A stretch of 11,935 nucleotides of DNA from a candidate division WOR-3 bacterium (lineage in GTDB: Bacteria > Hydrothermota > Tepidihabitantia > Tepidihabitantales > Tepidihabitantaceae): the NCBI GenBank assembly GCA_965648935.1, contig CBFGIY010000072.1:1-11935 (forward strand). The letters run 5' to 3'. A model generated the notes under the pieces. It did no database searches. It was given only the letters and a program-made list of their open reading frames with translations, and had not been told where the DNA came from. Position numbers and translations under genes: made by a program. Positions 1 through 6,286 of the stretch are shown here, in pieces (position 1 is the first letter of the stretch; every line of letters starts with the position of its first letter).

Positions 1-697
1 GCTGCTCAGCCAGCCGCGCCGCGAGTTCACGCCCGGGAGCGATGCTCGGCCGGTATTCGAATTCGGCTCCGGCCACGCCGAATCCCGTCAGCAGCGCCGA
101 AGCCCGCGCGAGCAGCGGTCCGGCCGTGCTGAAGCGTGCCTCGTACACCGCGGCGCCGGTCCGGGCAAGTTCTGATTCCCAAGTCCGATGCAGGTCCTCG
201 GCCGCGTCGCTCTCCAGCAGCCGGTTGCGCTGCAGCAGCACCCTGCGGTACTCGATCAGCCGGCTGATGTACTCGCGCCGGCTCTTGGCAATTGCCATAT
301 CGAGGAACGCACGCCGGGCCCCGGGCCCGCCCCGCACCAGTTCGATGTCGTCAAGCAGCAGCACGACCACCGGCAACCAGCCCAGAAAGTCCGACAGCCG
401 GTCCAGCCGGCCGCCGTCCAGCAACACCCGTTTCTGCTGCCCGTCAAAACGCACCTCGCCGCGCTTACCCGTGTCGTCAACCCCGGCCACCGCGGCCAGC
501 TCCTGCCCGAACCCCAGCACCTCAGAGTCGCCGCAGCGCCGGAACGACCGGCCGATCGCCAGCCAGTGCACTGCCTCCAGCACATTGGTCTTGCCCGCCC
601 CGTTCGGGCCGAAGAGGTAGTTGCACGCCGGATGGAACTCCAGCGTGACCGGCTTGACGTTGCGAAAACCCTGCAACGATAGTCGAACCAGCGGCAC
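1..697 (-). CDS. recF: DNA replication/repair protein RecF (3' end truncated by window edge)
   Basis: Manual translation from GTG at 697 gives MPLVRLSLQGFRNVKPVTLEFHPACNYLFGPNGAGKTNVLEAVHWLAIGRSFR...DDIELVRGGPGARRAFLD...EYRRVLLQRNRLL. It contains the FRN motif, Walker A (GPNGAGKT), GRSFR, GGPxxRRxFLD and YxxxLxQRNxLL motifs of RecF. The frame is open to the window edge, so the ORF track omits it. Confidence 0.95.
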   Translation of the reverse strand, partial: MPLVRLSLQGFRNVKPVTLEFHPACNYLFGPNGAGKTNVLEAVHWLAIGRSFRRCGDSEVLGFGQELAAVAGVDDTGKRGEVRFDGQQKRVLLDGGRLDRLSDFLGWLPVVVLLLDDIELVRGGPGARRAFLDMAIAKSRREYISRLIEYRRVLLQRNRLLESDAAEDLHRTWESELARTGAAVYEARFSTAGPLLARASALLTGFGVAGAEFEYRPSIAPGRELAARLAEQ

Positions 698-702
698 GGC
701 AG

Positions 703-731
703 AATCTACGGCAGCGCGCCGTTTTGGTCAA
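703..731 (-). promoter_or_regulatory. Sigma70-type promoter for recF (probably leaderless)
   Basis: Minus strand TTGACC (731-726), 17 bp, TAGATT (708-703), 5 nt, then GTG (697). No Shine-Dalgarno between the -10 box and the start. Confidence 0.75.
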
Positions 732-736
732 GAGAG

Positions 737-748
737 TGGGCCGGCCCA
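737..748. repeat. 12-bp perfect palindrome between the divergent -35 boxes
   Basis: TGGGCCGGCCCA is its own reverse complement and lies between the -35 at 726-731 (minus) and the -35 at 750-755 (plus). Function unknown. Confidence 0.5.
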
Positions 749-749
749 T

Positions 750-779
750 TTGACACGGCGCGCGCGCGCCGGCTAAACT
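750..779 (+). promoter_or_regulatory. Sigma70-type promoter for the DUF58 operon (probably leaderless)
   Basis: Consensus TTGACA (750-755), 18 bp, TAAACT (774-779), 5 nt, then GTG (785). No SD. The spacer contains the 16-bp palindrome CGGCGCGCGCGCGCCG. Confidence 0.75.
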
Positions 780-784
780 GGCCG

Positions 785-1678
785 GTGCGTTCCCCGACAG
801 ACTACCTCAAGCCCGAGGCGGTCGCCCGGCTGCGCGGCATCGACCTGCGCGCCCGACTGGTGGTCGAGGGCTTTCTCGCCGGGCTGCACCGCTCGCCCTA
901 CAAGGGCTTCTCGGTCGAGTTCACCGAGCATCGCCAGTACATCCCCGGCGATGAGCTCAAGCGCGTGGACTGGAAGGTCTACGGCCGCACCGACCGTTTC
1001 TACATCCGCGAGTACGAGGAAGAGACCAACCTGCGCGCCTGGCTCGTCCTCGACACGTCGGGCTCGATGGCCTTTGCCGGCTCCGGGATGAGCAAGCTGG
1101 AGTACGCCAACTGCCTCGCGGCCAGCCTCGCCTACCTGCTCCTGCACCAGAAAGACTCGGCCGGGCTCGTCACCTTCTCGGAACGCATCGACCGCTACCT
1201 GCCGCCGCGCTCAACCCCGGCCCACCTGCACGTCATCCTGCGCGAGCTCGCCCGGACGAAGACCGGCGGCGACACCGACGTCGGGGCCGCGCTCGACGCG
1301 CTGGCCGAGCGTCTCAAGCGCCGCGGCCTGGTCATCGTCATCTCCGACCTCTGGGACGACGAACAGCGTGTGCTGCGCGCCCTGCGCCATTTCCGCCATC
1401 GCCGCCACGAGGTCATCGTGTTCCACGTCACCGACCCGGTCGAGACTGAGCTCGGCTTCCGCGGCCCGGTCGTCCTGCGCGACCTTGAGTCTGGCCGCGA
1501 GCTCACCGTGGACCCGCGCGTCGTCGCCGGCGACTACCGCCGTCTCTGGCAGCGGCGGACTGCCGCTCTCGAACGCGGCTGCACCGAGGCGCTCGTCGAC
1601 TACTGCCGGGTTTCGACCGCGACGCCGTTCGACCGGGCGCTGTTCGCCTACCTCGAGCGCCGCCGCCGCCTGAGCTGA
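785..1678 (+). CDS. DUF58 domain protein with VWA/MIDAS-like motif (MoxR-associated family)
   Basis: Typical DUF58 motifs GLHRSPYKGFSVEFTEHRQYIPGDELKRVDWKVYGRTDRFYIREYEEE, followed by LDTSGSM (DxSxS) and VISDL. 297 aa. Stop TGA overlaps the next ATG (TGATG). Confidence 0.93.
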   Translation: MRSPTDYLKPEAVARLRGIDLRARLVVEGFLAGLHRSPYKGFSVEFTEHRQYIPGDELKRVDWKVYGRTDRFYIREYEEETNLRAWLVLDTSGSMAFAGSGMSKLEYANCLAASLAYLLLHQKDSAGLVTFSERIDRYLPPRSTPAHLHVILRELARTKTGGDTDVGAALDALAERLKRRGLVIVISDLWDDEQRVLRALRHFRHRRHEVIVFHVTDPVETELGFRGPVVLRDLESGRELTVDPRVVAGDYRRLWQRRTAALERGCTEALVDYCRVSTATPFDRALFAYLERRRRLS

Positions 1679-3564
1679 TGGGCTTCGCAGCGCCCGGACT
1701 ACTGCCGCTCGCCCTGCTCGCTGCCATCCCCCTGCTCATCCACATCTTCAGCCGGGTGCGGCTGCGCCGCCACGACTTTCCCTCGCTGCGCCTGCTCGAG
1801 GCGGTGCGGCGCGAACGCTTCTCGTTTGTCCGGCTCAAGGAGATACTGCTGCTCATCCTGCGCACGCTCGCCCTGCTCGCGCTGCTGCTCGTGCCGGCCC
1901 GGCCCGCGCTGCGCGCCGCCGGCGCCGGGCTACCGCCGGGCGACTTCGTCGTGCTGCTCGACGACTCCTACTCGATGGGCTGGGGCACTCGCTGGCCGCG
2001 CGCGGTCGCCGCAGCCCGCCGCCTGCTCGAGGGCGCCGGATCGGGCCGACGCTGCGCCCTGCTCACCGCCTCAGGTCGGGCCGGCGACACGGTTCTGACC
2101 GACCGGCCGGCGCGGCTGCTCGAACTGCTCGACACGCTTGCCGTCTCGCTGACCGCCGCCCGGCTCGACTCGGGCCTGGCCCGCGCCGCGCGGCTCGGCG
2201 GCGGCCGGGTCACGGTCTTCGCCGTCACCGACCTGCAGTCGCGCGCCCTTCCGGCCGGCCGCTCCGACAGCCTCACGCCGGTCAGCTTCGTCGACGTCGG
2301 CCGCGACAACCCGGCCAACGTCGCTGTGATCGAGGTCGCGCCGGAGAACCGCCTGCCCGTACCCGGCAGCCCGGTGCGCATCCGCGCCGAATTCGCCAAC
2401 CGCTCGAACCGGACCTTTGCCGGCACGGCGGTCATCGACGCAGCCGGCCGCGTCGAACAGACCGACCTCGAGCTGCCGCCGCGCGCGGTCAGCGCCCACA
2501 CCTTCGCGCTCGCGCTCGACCAGCCGGGCGAACACGTTGTGCGCGTCGAATTCCGCTCCGACTCGCTGGCCGCGGACAACACGGGCTGGGCCGTGCTCAC
2601 GGTGCCTGAGCGACTGCGCCTGCTCGTCGTGGAGACCCCGGGCGCGCCAGCCCGATTCGTCACCGCCGCCCTCGGACCCGACTCGGCCTCGCACTTCAGT
2701 GTGACGGTCGCGCCGGCCGGCGCGCTCGGCCGGCTCGACCCGCGTCGCTTCGACTGCGCGCTCGTCACGGACGCCGGCGCGCTCTCAGCCGCTGACCTTG
2801 ACCGGCTCAATCTCGGCCTGCAATCCGGCACCGGCCTGCTGCTGATGCTGGGGCCCGGCACCCGGCCCGGGTTCAGCTTCGCGCCCTGGTTTGAGGTTAC
2901 CGGCGCCGCACGCCCGGCCGGCTTCAACACCGTGGCATCGCTCGACACGCTCGCCGTCGCGCTCGAGATATTCCAGCCGCGCGACTTTCGCTCGACCCGC
3001 TTCTTTGCCCACGCGCTGGTCCGGCCGCTCGACGCGCGGCCCATCGCCGCGCTCTCGGACAACGCGCCGCTACTGCTTGAGGCCGCGGCCGGCCGGCTCA
3101 TCGTCTGGGCGTTCGCCGCCGACACGACGCAGACCGACCTCGTCTACCGCGCCCCGTTCGTGCCGCTGCTGCACCGCTGCCTCGCCGCAATCGCGGGCGC
3201 CGAGCTGCGCTCCCCGCGCCGGGTCGGCGACACGCTGCGCGTGCCGGTGACCGACCCGGGCGCGACCGCGGTCGAAACCCCATCCGGCCGAGCCCCGGCC
3301 GACGTCGTCACGCGGGCCGGCCGCGCGCTGCTCGAATTCGGCGCGACGGCCGAGCCCGGAATCTACCGGCTCGGCGGCCGCTCGGTGGCCGTCAATCTCG
3401 ACCCGGACGAATCCGACCTTGAGCGGGCCGACCCGGCGGCTCTTGCGGCACGCGGCTACATTGTCGTCAAGGAAGTCGGGCCACGGGCCACAGACCTGGT
3501 TCCGCTGCTGTTGTGGGCGGCCGCCGCCGCCTTCGCCGCGGAAATGCTCCTGCTGGCCCTCTAG
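1678..3564 (+). CDS. BatA N-terminal double-transmembrane domain + VWA domain membrane protein, with probable Ig/CARDB-like and GATase-like domains and a C-terminal TM helix
   Basis: N-terminus MGFAAPGLLPLALLAAIPLLIHIFSR...FPSLRLL...LLLILRTLALLALLLVPARP matches the BatA/two-anchor pattern. VWA motifs LLDDSYSM and VTDLQ. Ig-like segment NVAVIEV...DSLAADN. C-terminal PGIY...AVNLDPDESDL and hydrophobic tail LWAAAAAFAAEMLL. 628 aa. Confidence 0.88.
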   Translation: MGFAAPGLLPLALLAAIPLLIHIFSRVRLRRHDFPSLRLLEAVRRERFSFVRLKEILLLILRTLALLALLLVPARPALRAAGAGLPPGDFVVLLDDSYSMGWGTRWPRAVAAARRLLEGAGSGRRCALLTASGRAGDTVLTDRPARLLELLDTLAVSLTAARLDSGLARAARLGGGRVTVFAVTDLQSRALPAGRSDSLTPVSFVDVGRDNPANVAVIEVAPENRLPVPGSPVRIRAEFANRSNRTFAGTAVIDAAGRVEQTDLELPPRAVSAHTFALALDQPGEHVVRVEFRSDSLAADNTGWAVLTVPERLRLLVVETPGAPARFVTAALGPDSASHFSVTVAPAGALGRLDPRRFDCALVTDAGALSAADLDRLNLGLQSGTGLLLMLGPGTRPGFSFAPWFEVTGAARPAGFNTVASLDTLAVALEIFQPRDFRSTRFFAHALVRPLDARPIAALSDNAPLLLEAAAGRLIVWAFAADTTQTDLVYRAPFVPLLHRCLAAIAGAELRSPRRVGDTLRVPVTDPGATAVETPSGRAPADVVTRAGRALLEFGATAEPGIYRLGGRSVAVNLDPDESDLERADPAALAARGYIVVKEVGPRATDLVPLLLWAAAAAFAAEMLLLAL

Positions 3565-3567
3565 GCC

Positions 3568-3939
3568 CTAGACCAGAACCCCGGTCTTGAGGTAGTTGAC
3601 GTAACGGTGGAACACCGTTTCGTCTTCGAGGATCGACACGCGCGCAATGACGACATTGCTGCCGTCCATGTGCACTTTCAGGCCATAGGCCTGGTGCCCG
3701 GGCTCGCGCACCGTGAAGCCGAGGTCGTACACCTCCTCGGCCTTGGCATAGCCGCGGCCCGTCACTTGCTCCATGAAGTGGGCGAGGTTGTCGGCCACCA
3801 GTTCGAGCGTCTTGATCGGCAGCATCGCACCGGTTGTCGGCAGGAAAATGACCTCGCCGCCCTGCGCGCGGGCATCGACGACCTCGGCCCGGGTCGTGTC
3901 CACTGCCTGCTTCAGGTATTCAAGCGACTGGTTCAGCAT
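3568..3939 (-). CDS. Hypothetical protein (123 aa, soluble)
   Basis: Protein-like composition and GC3-biased codons, filling the gap between two clear genes. ATG at 3939 (MLNQSLEYLK...) is preferred over the track's TTG at 3975 because that TTG is part of a -35 box. No family recognised. Confidence 0.8.
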   Translation of the reverse strand: MLNQSLEYLKQAVDTTRAEVVDARAQGGEVIFLPTTGAMLPIKTLELVADNLAHFMEQVTGRGYAKAEEVYDLGFTVREPGHQAYGLKVHMDGSNVVIARVSILEDETVFHRYVNYLKTGVLV

Positions 3940-3947
3940 CCCGAGAG

Positions 3948-3975
3948 AATCTAGCCGGCGCGGGCGGCCAGTCAA
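3948..3975 (-). promoter_or_regulatory. Internal sigma70-type promoter for the hypothetical gene
   Basis: Minus strand TTGACT (3975-3970, containing the M20 stop TGA), 16 bp, TAGATT (3953-3948), 8 nt, then ATG (3939). No clear SD. Confidence 0.65.
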
Positions 3976-5222
3976 CCCCGGTCAGGCCGTTGTCCGGCCA
4001 TGTGGGCATAGACCAGCGCGTTGCGCACCATCCGCTCGATGACGCAGTACTCGTTGGGCTGATGGGCCCGGCCGTCATTGCAGCCCCACACCACCGCCGG
4101 TATGCCCAGCCGCCGGAAAAAGGCGGCCACCGTGCCGCCGCCGATGCCCTGCGTGAACGGCTCGGCCCGGTACACCGCGCGCACCGCGTCGGACAGCAGC
4201 CGCACGACCGGCGCGTCCGCCGCGGTCGGCGGCGCGGCCTGGGAGAACTGCTCGGTCTCGACCCGCACCTCGACCCCGTGCTCGGCCGCGACCTCGGCCG
4301 CGATTGCCTTCATGTCGGCAAGCACCTCGTCGATGCGGTACCGGGGCAGCACCCGGCAATCGAACCAGAACTGGTCCTCGCCCGGAATCGTGTTCACGTT
4401 GGGCACGTTCGACGCCTTCTTCGTCGGCTCGATGGTCGACTCAGGCGGCTCGAACAGCGCGTCGCGCGCCGCATACTTCTGGTGCAGCCGCTCGTCCAGG
4501 CGCAGAAGCAGCCTGGCCCCGGCGCGGTGCGCGTTGTTGCCGTGATGCGGGGCCGAGGCGTGCGACTGCCGGCCGACTGTCGTGAACTTCACCCAGGCGA
4601 TCGACTTCTCGGCGACCTCGAGCATCGTGCCCTCGGCATTGCCCGCATCCGGCACAACGACCAGGTCATCGGGCCGGCACGGCGCGTGCTCGCGCAGCAG
4701 CCACTCCGCGCCCAGCGCCGAACCGGTCTCCTCGTCCGCGACCAGCATCAGCGCGACATCGGTCTCGGGTACCAGCCCCAGGTCGAGCAGCGCCCTGAGT
4801 GCGTAAGCCGACGCTACCATTTCCTGCTGGTTGTCCTCGGTGCCCCGCCCGTAGATGCGGCCGCCGCGCACGACCGCCTCGAACGGGTCGGTGTCCCAGA
4901 GCTCGCGCGGCCCGCTCGGCACGATGTCCAGGTGCGTCATCAGCCAGAGCGTCCGGGTGCGGTCCCTGCCGGCCAGCCGCGCGACCAGGCTCGGCCGGTA
5001 CCCGCACGGCGCCGATGGGTCCGGCGCGCGGAACTCGGCCACCTCCAGTCCCCAGCCTTCGAGCAAAACTCGCAGGAAATCGGCCCGGGCCTTCTCGCCC
5101 TCGCCGCCCGAAGCCGGGCAGACCGCGGGCCGGGCCACGAGCTCGCGCTGCAGCCCGACCATCGCCGGTTCGAGCTCCCGCACCCTGGCGGCAATCCGGT
5201 CAAAAGTCGCTGTGTCCCACAC
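3972..5222 (-). CDS. M20 family dinuclear metallohydrolase (DapE/ArgE-like)
   Basis: Motifs THLDIVP, IYGRGTEDN, ADEETGS, VVPDAG, EKS...GRQSHAS, NVNTIPG and AHQPNEY. GTG start has GGAGG 6 nt upstream (5229-5233). 416 aa. Substrate cannot be assigned from the sequence. Confidence 0.92.
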   Translation of the reverse strand: MWDTATFDRIAARVRELEPAMVGLQRELVARPAVCPASGGEGEKARADFLRVLLEGWGLEVAEFRAPDPSAPCGYRPSLVARLAGRDRTRTLWLMTHLDIVPSGPRELWDTDPFEAVVRGGRIYGRGTEDNQQEMVASAYALRALLDLGLVPETDVALMLVADEETGSALGAEWLLREHAPCRPDDLVVVPDAGNAEGTMLEVAEKSIAWVKFTTVGRQSHASAPHHGNNAHRAGARLLLRLDERLHQKYAARDALFEPPESTIEPTKKASNVPNVNTIPGEDQFWFDCRVLPRYRIDEVLADMKAIAAEVAAEHGVEVRVETEQFSQAAPPTAADAPVVRLLSDAVRAVYRAEPFTQGIGGGTVAAFFRRLGIPAVVWGCNDGRAHQPNEYCVIERMVRNALVYAHMAGQRPDRG

Positions 5223-5262
5223 GGCAATCCTCCGGGTAATGTCTCGGTCAGAAGGTCAGCGC

Positions 5263-5291
5263 AGTATCGGCCGAAACCGCCCGCCCGTCAA
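5263..5291 (-). promoter_or_regulatory. Putative sigma70 promoter for the M20 gene (leadered, SD-containing)
   Basis: Minus strand TTGACG (5291-5286), 17 bp, GATACT (5268-5263), about 40 nt upstream of the GTG start. The -10 lacks the first T. Confidence 0.5.
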
Positions 5292-5342
5292 CGCCGCGCG
5301 ACACCGCACGTCGCGCCCCCGCTGCCCGCTCGCCGACAGCTG

Positions 5343-5371
5343 TTTACTTGCGGCCTTTCCGCGGCTAGAAT
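5343..5371 (+). promoter_or_regulatory. Sigma70-type promoter for ybbR-like/tsaD (probably leaderless)
   Basis: TTTACT (5343-5348), 17 bp, TAGAAT (5366-5371), 6 nt, then ATG (5378). No SD. Confidence 0.72.
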
Positions 5372-5377
5372 CCGGCG

Positions 5378-6286
5378 ATGTCGGGCATTCTCTCCTTCAT
5401 CGCGAGCGACCTGCCACTCAAGGCCGTGGCGCTCGTTGTCGCCGTGCTCATATGGTTCCTCGGCGTGCTCAACCGCTCCTACACGGTTGATGTCAGCGTC
5501 CCGGTCCGGGTCGAGCGGCCAGAGAGCGGCACCTACGCCTCGGAGCTCAACGTCGACCAGGCGCGGGTCACGCTCGAGGGCCGGGGCCGCGACCTCATCA
5601 GCCTGCGGCCCAGCCATCTGCGGATCCGCGTCAAGTTGCCCGAGGGCGAAATCGGCCGGCGCGAGTTCAAGCTCACCCCGGCCGACCTGCGCGTCCCGCC
5701 CGGCATCGTGGTCCGCGACATCGAACCCGCCCAGGTCGCGTTCCGCCTGAACCCGGCCGACTCGCGCACGGTCGAGGTCATCGTGCCGACCGTGGGCCAG
5801 CCGCCCGGCGGACTCTTGGTCAGCGTCCGGCCGAACCAGTCGGTCCAGCTCTTCGGACCGCCCGCTGACCTCAGGCTCGTCACCTCGGTATCGACCGAAA
5901 CCCTTGACCTGTCCTCGGTCAGCCAGCCGGGCATCCGGCGCCTGCGTGTCCGGCTGCCCGAGGGCGAAGGCTTCCTCGCCCGGCCCGAGTCGGTCGAAGT
6001 GGAGATTCAGACCGAGCGCGAGGTCGCCCGCATCTTCCTCGGCATCCCGGTCACGGTGATCGCGCCCAACGTTGACCGCGTCGAGGTGAGGCCGCCCGAC
6101 GCCCAGATCGCGGTCGCCGGCCCGGCCTCGCGCGTCGACTCGCTTACCCCGTCCGACATCGGCGCGCGGATGAAGATTTCCGGGCTCGGCCCGGGCCAGT
6201 ACAAGCTCGCCGCCGAGATATCGCTGCCTGCCGGGTTCCGGCTCGTGCGCTGCGAACCCCAGCTCTTCGAGGTCATCATCCGGTGA
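5378..6286 (+). CDS. CdaR/YbbR-like domain membrane-anchored protein
   Basis: N-terminal anchor DLPLKAVALVVAVLIWFLGV matches the KxxSLxxAxxLW pattern. Three repeated beta-rich units (VTLEGRGRDLISL, VQLFGPPADLRLV, IAVAGPASRVDSL) and EP/RP-x-x-V-x-V linkers resemble YbbR domains. 302 aa. GTGA overlap with tsaD. Confidence 0.82.
   Translation: MSGILSFIASDLPLKAVALVVAVLIWFLGVLNRSYTVDVSVPVRVERPESGTYASELNVDQARVTLEGRGRDLISLRPSHLRIRVKLPEGEIGRREFKLTPADLRVPPGIVVRDIEPAQVAFRLNPADSRTVEVIVPTVGQPPGGLLVSVRPNQSVQLFGPPADLRLVTSVSTETLDLSSVSQPGIRRLRVRLPEGEGFLARPESVEVEIQTEREVARIFLGIPVTVIAPNVDRVEVRPPDAQIAVAGPASRVDSLTPSDIGARMKISGLGPGQYKLAAEISLPAGFRLVRCEPQLFEVIIR

Noticed and set aside
522..749. 75-aa minus-strand ORF from ATG 749 as an alternative recF start or frameshift
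   Set aside because: It is in a different frame and crosses the recF promoter. RecF homology is complete from GTG 697.
3940..3975. 12-aa N-terminal extension (MTGRPRRLDSLG) of the hypothetical protein
   Set aside because: The TTG is part of the TTGACT -35 box and the extension spans the -10 box. ATG 3939 is more parsimonious, though coupling at the TTGA overlap cannot be fully excluded.
3990..5750. 586-aa plus-strand ORF and other long overlapping ORFs (42..620, 1968..3125, 5288..6430, 6007..6951, 8860..9564, 9770..10414, 10726..11388)
   Set aside because: They are antisense or alternate-frame shadows of well-supported genes, with skewed R/P/A/S or H/Q/R composition and no family motifs. 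Such ORFs are expected in GC-rich DNA.
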